Below are positions 20,401 to 29,007 of a DNA stretch of 64,000 nt, one piece after another (the stretch's first letter is position 1; each line of letters starts with the position of its first letter). The stretch comes from Flavobacteriaceae bacterium (GTDB lineage Bacteria; Bacteroidota; Bacteroidia; Flavobacteriales; Flavobacteriaceae): contig PAAD01000042.1 of the NCBI GenBank assembly GCA_002698745.1, positions 162-64,161 of the forward strand, written 5' to 3'. The notes beneath the pieces were generated by a model. That model saw only the letters and a program-made list of their open reading frames with translations. It was not told the DNA's origin and did not search any database. The position numbers and the translations under genes are program-made.

Positions 20401-20607
20401 GTTACACTAAAACTACCCTTTAAATTAGACTCGAAAAAGGATATTAAACTTTTCGATTCTAAAGGGAATTTAGTCACTTTAGATGAAATTAATATCAAAC
20501 AGAAGGCAAATGAATATTATTTTGATTTGAGCTTTCCAAAAGGCAAATACTTTATGTCTATAAAAAACAAAAACAGCACATATATTAAGTCATTTTTAGT
20601 TAATTAG
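17452..20607 (+). CDS. GH3 exo-beta-glucosidase + Ig-like module + 2x CBM6 + T9SS CTD
   Basis: The TTG start overlaps the upstream stop (TTGA). GH3 blocks 'YGIDAVHGHNN', 'NERWGRTYEGFG', 'KHFIGDGGT' and 'GFIVSDWKG' are present. There are two CBM6 copies ('IEAESYFEMQGV...GGGHNLGHIDIGDYMKY...NGWQSWQNF' and 'IEAEKYGTAVGI...IGYIDFGDSAIY...GGWQTWGT'). The tail is CTD-like ('KGKYFMSIKN...SFLVN'). Confidence 0.9.
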   Translation: MIKTPKLKLKYFLSALLVLPFFINGQSIDVQVNLLVGKMTLAEKVGQMTQVERKELDHISDLATYNIGSLLSGGGSAPEPNTLDSWIDMYNEYQTASMQSSSGIPIIYGIDAVHGHNNVEGAVIVPHNIGLGATWNTELVKSISQVVASEVAATGIDWTFAPCVAVPQNERWGRTYEGFGETAEINQIMGIASVVGFQGNDLALKNTILACAKHFIGDGGTTDGIDQGNTQITEELLRSLHMPAYVDAIENGVGTIMATYNSWNEQKVHGYKYLLTDLLKTELGFDGFIVSDWKGVDQVTDDYKEAIKQSINAGVDMVMVPDRYETFIKYTTELVNENEISMSRIDDAVKRILKQKLLLGLFEEPYATKSSTEIDLFGSVKHREIARQAVRESIVVLDAKNNVLPLKQEGQNIGLAGIIADDLGAQCGGWTIAWQGGNGDITEGTSILEGFRKLTGSSKIIFNKTGDFEQDIDVAVVVIGEKIPYSEGGGDRSSLNIENQDIALLKKLKNKNIPTIAVLISGRPMILGEALFHSDAMIAAWYPGTEGDGVAEILFGLYKLKGKTTHSWPNHMRQIPINIGDINYRPLYPYKHGLTQFPASDSSSHLKVYACTTNNEGDTLLVYFNDKITSNYSTIKDYNLFINGELTNAYVESQAIDSNNASILKINLSTPIQQGDELYLNIANGVLASNSMLLSDTRQIFVYNGVKNYNLLSNRIEAESYFEMQGVNTEQCSDDGGGHNLGHIDIGDYMKYEFNVPKAGYYQLVSRIAGFNDGSINFSFKNTSLNLPFKSTNGWQSWQNFYGEIYLEAGYQNMTVTAESSQFNINYYDLVFVKEAQVIPGKIEAEKYGTAVGIETEYCEDDASDNIGYIDFGDSAIYPTKVNQSGFYKINVRYASINDGYFLLSFGNETIEFPFKNTGGWQTWGTSTIEVYLDVGEADMIFTGATGLLNINYFEFEFAGTFTTNYISVLNDIQLYAVPARNNVTLKLPFKLDSKKDIKLFDSKGNLVTLDEINIKQKANEYYFDLSFPKGKYFMSIKNKNSTYIKSFLVN

Positions 20608-20634
20608 ACTTTGCCTAACTATCAAAGTTTTTTT
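20608..20634 (+). terminator. Weak candidate rho-independent terminator after the GH3-CBM6 gene
   Basis: 6-bp stem ACTTTG/CAAAGT (20608-20613 / 20623-20628) with a 9-nt loop, followed by a T7 run. Confidence 0.3.
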
Positions 20635-20701
20635 AGTTACTTTTAAATGTTGTTTTTTTAAATAATTCATTTAATGAACCTAACTTTTAATTTATATTGA
20701 A

Positions 20702-23329
20702 TTGAACAGGACTAGTTTAATAATTTTACTTGCCATTATTGATGTTTTGTGTTCAAATTTACATGCACAATCAAGTCAATGGAATAGCGTTGTCATCCCT
20801 GGACAGGCCTGGAAATATACATTGCCTGATGGTCCTAACACTAATTGGACTAAATCAAATTTTGATGATTCTTCTTGGTCAGAAGGAAATACTGGAATTG
20901 GATATGGTGATGAGGATGATGAGACTATTATTTCGAATACAATATCTCTTTATATGCGAAAAACATTTGAAATTGAGGATGTAAGTTTAGTTTCAAGAGC
21001 GGTATTGGACATTGATTACGATGATGGTTTTGTTGCCTATATAAACGGTGTTGAGGTTGCAAGAGATCTTTTTTCTGGAGATCATACCTCTTATTCAATG
21101 CCAAGCGATGGTTTACATGAAGCTCAGCTCTACACCGGAAATATTCCTGAGAGATATTTTTTTGACAAAACACTGCTTAGTGATGGTTCAAATATTATTG
21201 CAGTTCAAGTTCATAACCAGTCGTTAACATCTTCAGATTTGAGTGCATTACCAGTTATTACTTTAGAACTCCCTAAAGGATCAGATACATATTTCAGTCC
21301 TCCTAATTGGTTTGTTGAGCCAAGTCCACAGCCAGTTGACATCAACTTTACTTCGTCAAATTTACCCATTGTTATATTAAATACCGGCGGAGCTAATATT
21401 CCTGATGAGCCAAAAATTGAAGCAACAATGAAAATCATTAAGCGTCCTGAAAATGAGTTAAATTATGTTATAGATGAAAGTAATCCAGACTATTTAGATT
21501 TTGATGGACCAATACAGATTGAGGTTCGTGGATCTAGTTCTCAGCTTTTTTCAAAAAAACAGTATTCATTAACTACATATGATAGTACAGGTGAAAAGGA
21601 TAATGTAAAATTACTTGGTTTGCCAAAAGAAAACGATTGGATACTTAATGCATTAGCCTATGACACAACTTTTGTTAGGGACTACGTCAGTTATAAATTA
21701 TCAAATTCTTTAAACCAATATGCATCAAGAGCTGAATATTGTGAATTAATTTTGAATGGTGAGTACAGAGGGATTTATATGCTTCTTGAAAAATTGAAAG
21801 CAGATGATAATCGAATTAATATAAAAAAGATAAAAGATGATGATAATGAGCTTCCAGATTTAACAGGAGGTTATATTGTTAAAGCTGACAAAATTGAAGG
21901 GACTGAAGAGCTAGGTTGGTCAATGCCTAGTTATGGCTGGGGAAATGTAAATTTTGCTTATGAAGTGCCAAAACCAGAAGATAAAACCAGTCAACAAGAC
22001 GACTACATCCAGAACGTTTTTAATCAACTTGCTGATACCTCCTATAATCCCTCAAATAATTCCTCAAATGCTTCATTATTTGATGGCTATCCATCAATAA
22101 TTGATATTCCATCCTTTATTGATTTTATGTTGTTAAATGAACTTGCTTCTAATGTTGATGCATATCAATTTAGCACATTTTTTCATAAAGACAGAGGAGG
22201 TAAACTCCGTGCTGGTCCTGTGTGGGACTTCAATCTTACTTTTGGTAATGATTTATTTGAATGGGGATTCGACAGAAGTAAGTACAATATTTGGCAATTT
22301 CTGGATGGTAATCGTGGGGCTAGGTTTTGGACAGACCTTTTTTATGATCCTGATTTCTCATGTTATTTGACAAAGCGCTGGTTAGAACTGACGGCTACAG
22401 ATCAAGTATTAAATGAAAACAAGATTAACGATCTGATAGACGAAACAGTCGTTAATATTTTTGATGCGGTTAATCGTCAAGAACAAGTATGGAATATAGA
22501 TATCGATTTTGATGGGCGTATAGCAAATTTAAAAACTTTTATTAGCCAACGTATTCAATGGATAACGGATCAGCTTAATCCAAACATATCAGCTTGTGAA
22601 AATGTGGCTATACCTAATTTGGTAATTTCAAAAATACACTATAATCCACAAGATCAAGGTGATGATGATTCTGATGATTTTGAATTTGTTGAAATAACTA
22701 ATAACAGTGATTTACCTTGGGATTTAACAGGAGTATATTTTGGTGGATTAGGTTTTTCATATCAGTTTCCTCCCGGGTTTATTGTTCAGGCTCGGCAATC
22801 TGTTTTTTTGGCAAACAAACCATCTGCTTTTGAATCTAGTTATGGCTTCAGTCCTTTTGATGAATTTTTTAGAAATCTTTCCAATAGCAGTGAACGTTTG
22901 GAGCTGTTAGATGGATTTGGAAACCTAATTGATTATGTTGTGTACGACGATGATTCTCCATGGCCAGAAGATGCAGACGGAAACGGCTACTTTTTAAAAC
23001 TAAAGGATTTAGATTTAGACAACAGCTTTGCTGAAAACTGGATTGCAAGCCCCAGTTCGCAAAGCCTTTTAACATACCAAAGCAATAATGACTCAGCGTT
23101 ATTTATTTATCCAAGCTCTACACGCGAAATTTTGTATTTAAGTGCCACGAATGATATCCAAATACAATCCATGCAAATTTTAAATATAAGTGGACAAACA
23201 GTAATGACAAAAAACCTATATAAAAAGCGGGCATTACTTAATGTTTCTTCTCTCAGTTCTGGTATGTATTTTATCTCAATCAAACTAAATAATAATGAAA
23301 TTGTAATCAAAAAGATTATAAAAGAATAA
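20702..23329 (+). CDS. CotH-family (atypical kinase fold) protein with N-terminal galactose-binding-like module, lamin-tail domain (LTD) and T9SS CTD
   Basis: TTG start and signal peptide. The CotH block is 'YASRAEYCELILNGEYRGIYMLLEKLKADDNRINIKK'. The LTD reads 'ISKIHYNP...DFEFVEITNNS...ERLELLDGFGNLIDYVVYDDDSPWPEDADGNGYFLKL'. The CTD is 'LFIYPSST...SGMYFISIKL'. Confidence 0.85.
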   Translation: MNRTSLIILLAIIDVLCSNLHAQSSQWNSVVIPGQAWKYTLPDGPNTNWTKSNFDDSSWSEGNTGIGYGDEDDETIISNTISLYMRKTFEIEDVSLVSRAVLDIDYDDGFVAYINGVEVARDLFSGDHTSYSMPSDGLHEAQLYTGNIPERYFFDKTLLSDGSNIIAVQVHNQSLTSSDLSALPVITLELPKGSDTYFSPPNWFVEPSPQPVDINFTSSNLPIVILNTGGANIPDEPKIEATMKIIKRPENELNYVIDESNPDYLDFDGPIQIEVRGSSSQLFSKKQYSLTTYDSTGEKDNVKLLGLPKENDWILNALAYDTTFVRDYVSYKLSNSLNQYASRAEYCELILNGEYRGIYMLLEKLKADDNRINIKKIKDDDNELPDLTGGYIVKADKIEGTEELGWSMPSYGWGNVNFAYEVPKPEDKTSQQDDYIQNVFNQLADTSYNPSNNSSNASLFDGYPSIIDIPSFIDFMLLNELASNVDAYQFSTFFHKDRGGKLRAGPVWDFNLTFGNDLFEWGFDRSKYNIWQFLDGNRGARFWTDLFYDPDFSCYLTKRWLELTATDQVLNENKINDLIDETVVNIFDAVNRQEQVWNIDIDFDGRIANLKTFISQRIQWITDQLNPNISACENVAIPNLVISKIHYNPQDQGDDDSDDFEFVEITNNSDLPWDLTGVYFGGLGFSYQFPPGFIVQARQSVFLANKPSAFESSYGFSPFDEFFRNLSNSSERLELLDGFGNLIDYVVYDDDSPWPEDADGNGYFLKLKDLDLDNSFAENWIASPSSQSLLTYQSNNDSALFIYPSSTREILYLSATNDIQIQSMQILNISGQTVMTKNLYKKRALLNVSSLSSGMYFISIKLNNNEIVIKKIIKE

Positions 23330-23545
23330 ATTTTGGCTACTTATGCCCCAAATCACATAATATTAGTATATGGTGCAAAGTCAGCTAATTGATAATAACC
23401 AGCGGTAAGATCTAGCTATACAATTGCTTAAGCATATTGATAAATATAAGTCCAATAAATTTAATGGTACCATCACTCAAAAACTGCGGAAGTACCACAA
23501 ATACACACCTCTTTACTCAGTCTAGTATTAGTAAAAAAACATTGA

Positions 23546-25843
23546 CTAATAATTTTTCGTCAAAGAAAACGGCTTGGACAAACTAGAAATCCCGAAGTCT
23601 TTATTTGGCGTGATATCCATTTTAAAATGTAAGCTACCTCCCTTTAGAATTTCATTATAGTTAATCCATGTATTGTTGTATCTGGTTTTATTTAACCTCA
23701 TTGATTGGATAAAATGATTGTTACCCTTATTATTTTCTGCTTCAATTGTAAATGTATTTCCATTTTGTAAATGCATTGTTACTTTTTCAAATAGTGGGCT
23801 ACCTATGACATATTCTGGCACACCTGGGGTTACTGGATAAAAACCTAGAGCACTAAATACGTACCAGGCTGAGGTCTGTCCATTATCTTCATCACCGCAA
23901 TAACCATCAGGCGTAGCGGCATATAATTTATCCATAACCATTCTTACCTTTTCTTGTGCTTTCCAGGGCTGATTTGCATAATTATACAGATAAATCATGT
24001 GTTGAATTGGTTGATTTCCATGGGCATAATTTCCCATGTTTACAATCTGCATTTCCCTAATCTCATGAATAGTAAATCCATAATAGGAATCATCAAACTT
24101 TGGAGGCATTGTAAATACATTATCTAACATTTTAGTAAAGTCTTCATTTCCTCCCATTAGATTTATAAGCCCTTGGATATCGTGGAATACAGACCATGAA
24201 TAATGCAGACTATTTCCTTCCGTAAACGCATCGCCCCATTTTAATGGGTTAAAAGGAGATTGAAAGGTCCCGTCCTCGTTTTTTCCTCTCATCCATCTTG
24301 TTTCTGGATCAAAAAGTTTTACATAATTTTTAGATTGTTTATAAAAACGTTTCGATAGTTCCGGTTTATTAAGCTTCTCCGCCATTGCTGCTATTGTAAA
24401 ATCAGCATATGCGTATTCTAGGGTACGCGCTGCATTTTCGTTAATTCCGACATCATAGGGAACATATCCGAGCTTGTTATAATAATCAACCCCCTCTCTT
24501 CCCACTGACTTCACAGGTCGCCCTTCATTTACATTGGCATTTTTTAATACAGCCTCCAGTAATACAGCTATATCTTTTTCGTTAACATTTCCTTTTAGAT
24601 AGGCATCTGCAATAATTGAAGCTGAATTTGAGCCAATCATACAATCGCGATGCCCAGGGCTTGCCCATTCCGGCAACCATCCAGATTCTTTATAGGTGTT
24701 TGCTAATCCTTCCATTATTTGGCGATTCAAATTTGGATACATTAAATTAAAAAATGGAAATACAGCTCTAAATGTATCCCAAAAGCCGTTATCTGTAAAC
24801 ATATACCCTGGAAGTACTTGCCCATTGTAAGGACTGTAATGAACAATTTCTTCGTTCTTATTTATTTCATAAAATTTTCTGGGGAACAACAAAAGGCGAT
24901 AAAGGCAGGAGTAAAAGGTTCGGATATTATCAATATTATCATCTTCAACGATCAATCTTTGAAATTCATTTTCCCAAGATGCTTTAGCTTCTGCCTTAAC
25001 ACTTTCAAAGGATTTATTTCCTATCTCACGTGCAAGGTTAAGCTTTGCTTGTTCTAAACTAATAAAAGACGATGCGACCTTAACGTGAACTTTTTCTCCC
25101 AATTCAGTTTCAAAACCAATTATAGCTCCTACATGTTCTCCTTCGCTGTAAGTTGAATTTTCTTTTAGTCTCCAATTGTCTTTCCAAGTATGTTTCCATT
25201 TAAAATCTTTATCAAAAACCGCCACAAAATAATTGTGAAAGTTTTCGGGGACGCCATCATTATTATTTCTACAATAGCCAATAATTTTCCTTTCCTCTGG
25301 AATAATTTTCACCATTGAACCCATATTAAAAGCATCTAAAACAATGTATGAGGATTTATTTTCTGGAAAAGTAAATCTAAATATGGATGCTCTTTCGGTT
25401 GGTGTGATTTCTGCAGTAACATCATAATCTGCTAAATAAGTTTCATAATAGTATGGTTTAGCCTCCTCTGCTTTATGCGAAAACCAAGAAGCTCTTTCTT
25501 CTTCGTTATATTTCAGATCTCCTGTAACCGCCATTAGTGAAAAAGAAGCATAGTCGTTTATCCAAGGACTAGGTTGATGGGTTTGTTTTATTCCTCTTAT
25601 TTTATTGTCGTCGTATTTATAAGCCCATCCATCTCCCATTTCTGCAGTTTGGGGCGTCCAGAAATTCATTCCCCAAGGCGTAGCAATTGCTGGGTAGGTG
25701 TTCCCATTTGAAAGACTAAATTTAGAGTCTGTACCCATTAGAGGATTAACCAAATCAACTAAGCTTGAAGTTTGTGCATTTAATGTATTTATAAAGCACA
25801 ACATTGAAGCGGCAAATAATGTTTTTTGAATATTTATTGTCAT
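23546..25843 (-). CDS. GH92 family alpha-mannosidase homolog (GNQP variant at the expected general-acid motif)
   Basis: 765 aa with a signal peptide. GH92 blocks 'VNPLMGTDS', 'YSPYNG', 'GDEDNGQTSAWYVFSALGFYPVTPG' and 'YAHGNQPIQHMIYLYNY' are present. The start overlaps the esterase stop (ATGA). Confidence 0.9.
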   Translation of the reverse strand: MTINIQKTLFAASMLCFINTLNAQTSSLVDLVNPLMGTDSKFSLSNGNTYPAIATPWGMNFWTPQTAEMGDGWAYKYDDNKIRGIKQTHQPSPWINDYASFSLMAVTGDLKYNEEERASWFSHKAEEAKPYYYETYLADYDVTAEITPTERASIFRFTFPENKSSYIVLDAFNMGSMVKIIPEERKIIGYCRNNNDGVPENFHNYFVAVFDKDFKWKHTWKDNWRLKENSTYSEGEHVGAIIGFETELGEKVHVKVASSFISLEQAKLNLAREIGNKSFESVKAEAKASWENEFQRLIVEDDNIDNIRTFYSCLYRLLLFPRKFYEINKNEEIVHYSPYNGQVLPGYMFTDNGFWDTFRAVFPFFNLMYPNLNRQIMEGLANTYKESGWLPEWASPGHRDCMIGSNSASIIADAYLKGNVNEKDIAVLLEAVLKNANVNEGRPVKSVGREGVDYYNKLGYVPYDVGINENAARTLEYAYADFTIAAMAEKLNKPELSKRFYKQSKNYVKLFDPETRWMRGKNEDGTFQSPFNPLKWGDAFTEGNSLHYSWSVFHDIQGLINLMGGNEDFTKMLDNVFTMPPKFDDSYYGFTIHEIREMQIVNMGNYAHGNQPIQHMIYLYNYANQPWKAQEKVRMVMDKLYAATPDGYCGDEDNGQTSAWYVFSALGFYPVTPGVPEYVIGSPLFEKVTMHLQNGNTFTIEAENNKGNNHFIQSMRLNKTRYNNTWINYNEILKGGSLHFKMDITPNKDFGISSLSKPFSLTKNY

Positions 25844-26613
25844 TTTTTAGATTTTGAATGAATCCATTTTAAAAAATTTGGTTCGTTGAATGCATTATTC
25901 CAACTGGCATGACCAACATTTTCATATAAAGTCATTTTGGGGCTACCACCCGATGCTATAATGGCCCTTATCATTTTTAAAGAATGCTTTGGTTGAACAA
26001 CTTTGTCATCAGAACCATGAAAAACCCATACAGAAACTTTATTTGCATATCGTTTTGTTAATGTTGTAATTCCATTTCCACATATTGGAGTAGCAGCAGC
26101 AAACATATCAGGTTTTCTGTATAGTATCTCAAAAGTTCCCATTCCACCCATAGAAATTCCGCTCACATAAACTTTTTGTTTGTTAACTTGTTTTTTTTTA
26201 ATAAACGAATCCATTAACTTTATTACAAGCCCGAGACTTTTAGTGGGATTAGTTGGTTTATTTTTAAAGTTATTGTTCCATTCATTATCTGACGTTAAAC
26301 TCGGCCAGCGGTCATTGATTGGGCATTGAGGTAAGATTACCCAAGACTTATAGATTTTTCTATTTTCTTTTTTTAGAAATAGATTATCTACATAAGTTAA
26401 TTGAGATGTGTTATCAGAACCTCTCTCTCCAGCACCATGCAAAAATAAATGGACAGGATATTGCAGATTTGGATTATAATCTAAGGGCTTAAGAATTCTG
26501 TAATTAAGTGTGTCATTTTCATATACAAAAATCTCTTTCTCAAATAACTCAAGGCTTTGAGCATTTAAATAAATTACTGAAAAGAAAAAAATATTAAGTA
26601 AAAAATACCTCAT
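25840..26613 (-). CDS. Secreted alpha/beta-hydrolase esterase (COG4099-like 'predicted peptidase'/carboxylesterase); candidate glycan deacylase
   Basis: Signal peptide; 'LFLHGAGERGSDN'; nucleophile elbow 'GISMGGMGT'; 'HGSDDKVV'; 'VGHASW'. Together these give a Ser-Asp-His triad. Confidence 0.75.
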   Translation of the reverse strand: MRYFLLNIFFFSVIYLNAQSLELFEKEIFVYENDTLNYRILKPLDYNPNLQYPVHLFLHGAGERGSDNTSQLTYVDNLFLKKENRKIYKSWVILPQCPINDRWPSLTSDNEWNNNFKNKPTNPTKSLGLVIKLMDSFIKKKQVNKQKVYVSGISMGGMGTFEILYRKPDMFAAATPICGNGITTLTKRYANKVSVWVFHGSDDKVVQPKHSLKMIRAIIASGGSPKMTLYENVGHASWNNAFNEPNFLKWIHSKSKK

Positions 26614-26695
26614 AATTTAATTTTAATCGATTGTTAGTGTTTTCCTGTAATACTTAAAAAAAAGTAAAGACCCTTTGTTTCGTTTAAAAGGAGTC

Positions 26696-26719
26696 AACAC
26701 TAATACATGAATTAGTGTT
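26696..26719 (-). other. Perfect 9-bp inverted repeat (AACACTAAT-N6-ATTAGTGTT) in the 122-bp gap between GH92 and the esterase
   Basis: Read directly from the sequence. No strong U-run follows on the minus strand. TTAGTGTTTT also recurs at 26634-26643. Confidence 0.35.
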
Positions 26720-26735
26720 TTATAAAATTGTTGTT

Positions 26736-28997
26736 TCAATATAATTTTGATTTTGGCCTGAATATATTTTCCTTTCCAAAATCTTTATTTGGGTTGGGAC
26801 CCATTTTAAATTCAATTTCTCCCCCTTTGATGATATCTTTATGAGTAATATATGCATTTTTGTAATCAACCCCATTGAGTTCTACACTTTGTATATAAAT
26901 ATTCTTTTGAGAGTTGTTAACTGTTTTTATTGTAAATGATTTTTTATTACCCAACTCTATTTTTACATTATCAAAAATGGGACTTCCAAAAACATATACA
27001 CCATTTGAGGGGTTGACAGGATAAAACCCAAGGCTAGATAATATATACCAGGAAGACATTTGGCCACAATCTTCATTTCCAGTTAATCCATCTGGTTTAT
27101 CTGTATAAAGCTCATTCATGATGTACCTTACATTTTCAGGAATTTTGTATTGAGCCCCTGCATAAGCATACATATATGTTGTATGGTGACTAGGTTCATT
27201 TCCATGAGCATATTGTCCAATTAATCCCGTTATATCCATTGAAGAACCCTCCTCAAGCTCAGAAGACATGCTAAATAGTCTGTCTAACTTTTTAATAAAT
27301 GGCTTATCCCCCCCTAACAAATCAATTAAACCCTCTGGATCTTGAGGGACCAACCATAAATATTGCCAAGCATTTCCTTCACAATAATCATTTATCCTAT
27401 GCTGAGCTGAAACTGGATCAAAGGGAGTCCTCCAACTGCCATCCAAAAACTTACCTCTCATAAAACCTGTTTCACTGTCAAAATAACTTTTATAAGCTTT
27501 TGATCTATCCATGAAATAATGATAGTCATCCATCTTATTTAATTTTTTTGCAAGTTGTGCTATTGCCCAATCGCTAATAGCATATTCCATCGAGCTAGCA
27601 ATAGATTCAACCATTAAATCTGAGGGGATGTATCCATACTTCATAAGTTCTTTTACACCTGGCTCAAAATCACCAGTTGCACTAATTTTTGCAGCTTCAA
27701 AAACCCTTTCAGCATCACCTTTATATATTCCTTTCAAGACCGCATCAACCACAACTGGGATAGCACTATAACCGGGCATGGTATTGGTTTCATTGCCTCT
27801 TAAATGCCAAATGGGAAGTTTACCTTGGTGTTCGTAAATTTTAATCATCGATTCTACCATATCACTAACCTTATCGCTATGCACTAAAGTGTACAAAGGG
27901 TGTGCAGCACGATATGTATCCCAGAGTGAAAACAATGTATAATTTGTAAATGAAGTATCATTGTAAACTTTCTTGTCAGTTCCACGATAATCGCCGTTAA
28001 CATCATTGTAAATATTAGGCGCGATCATACTATGATACATTGCTGTGTAGAATATTTTTTTCTTTTTGTAGTCTGTTGTTTCAATTTTAATTTTAGATAG
28101 CTCCTTATTCCACTTAGCTATCGCGCTTCTATGAACCATATCAAAATCCCAATTGGGTATTTCATGCATTAGATTTTTTAATCCATTTTCCATGCTTACT
28201 GTAGAAACACCCATTTTCACATAAATTTCTTCATTTTTATTTGTTGAAAATTCTAAAAAACCTTTAACATGTTTACCTTTTCTTTCAAGACTTTTAATTT
28301 TCCTTCCTCCGTCATATAGAATAAAATTATCAACAGGTTTGGATATTACAAGAGAAAAAAACTCTCTTTGGTCAGCAGCCCAACCTTTTGAGAATCTATA
28401 GCCCTGAAATAAAGTGTCATTTATTTGTCTAATGAACGTTTCAGTAGGACTATCGGCACTTCCTTCAACTAAATCAATTATAACACGAGATTTTTCCTTT
28501 TTTGGGAATGTATATCTATGCAATCCAGCTCTTTCAGTTGCTGTCAGCTCAACTTTTATATTGTAACGGTCAAGCATAACGCTATAATAACCTGGAGAAA
28601 CTTTTTCTTTATCTTTAGAATATAAAGAAGAGTATCCTTTCATATGATTATTTTGAGTGCCTGCATTAATTCTTAGCTCCCCATTTGCAGGCATAATTGT
28701 TAATTCCCCGAGGTCTGACATGCCGGTACCACTAACATTAAGGTGACAAAAACCTTTTACAATACTATCAGAGTAATGGTAAGACGAAGACCAGTCCCAT
28801 CCTTTGTTAAAATTAGTGGGCCCAACCTGTACTCCACCAAAAGGCACATTTGCTCCTACGAAAACATGACCATGACCCCCAGAGCCAATAAATGGATCAA
28901 CGTATCTTACATAATCATTGTTTTCGTTTTGATTTTTTAGTGCTAATAATAAAAGACCAATTACTAAAGTGCTAAAAATAATTTTTACTTTTTTCAT
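26736..28997 (-). CDS. GH92 family alpha-mannosidase
   Basis: 753 aa. 'YVDPFIGSGGHGH', 'YAHGNEPSHHTTYMYAY' and 'GNEDCGQMSSWYILSSLGFYPVNP' are present. Confidence 0.92.
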   Translation of the reverse strand: MKKVKIIFSTLVIGLLLLALKNQNENNDYVRYVDPFIGSGGHGHVFVGANVPFGGVQVGPTNFNKGWDWSSSYHYSDSIVKGFCHLNVSGTGMSDLGELTIMPANGELRINAGTQNNHMKGYSSLYSKDKEKVSPGYYSVMLDRYNIKVELTATERAGLHRYTFPKKEKSRVIIDLVEGSADSPTETFIRQINDTLFQGYRFSKGWAADQREFFSLVISKPVDNFILYDGGRKIKSLERKGKHVKGFLEFSTNKNEEIYVKMGVSTVSMENGLKNLMHEIPNWDFDMVHRSAIAKWNKELSKIKIETTDYKKKKIFYTAMYHSMIAPNIYNDVNGDYRGTDKKVYNDTSFTNYTLFSLWDTYRAAHPLYTLVHSDKVSDMVESMIKIYEHQGKLPIWHLRGNETNTMPGYSAIPVVVDAVLKGIYKGDAERVFEAAKISATGDFEPGVKELMKYGYIPSDLMVESIASSMEYAISDWAIAQLAKKLNKMDDYHYFMDRSKAYKSYFDSETGFMRGKFLDGSWRTPFDPVSAQHRINDYCEGNAWQYLWLVPQDPEGLIDLLGGDKPFIKKLDRLFSMSSELEEGSSMDITGLIGQYAHGNEPSHHTTYMYAYAGAQYKIPENVRYIMNELYTDKPDGLTGNEDCGQMSSWYILSSLGFYPVNPSNGVYVFGSPIFDNVKIELGNKKSFTIKTVNNSQKNIYIQSVELNGVDYKNAYITHKDIIKGGEIEFKMGPNPNKDFGKENIFRPKSKLY

Positions 28998-29007
28998 GTT
29001 TTAATTT

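Noticed and set aside
23330-23545. A 216-bp convergent spacer with slightly less AT-rich sequence. I checked it for a small RNA, a tRNA or a gene remnant.
   Set aside because: No cloverleaf-compatible stems, no stable hairpin with a U-tract, and no ORF or recognisable protein fragment in any frame.
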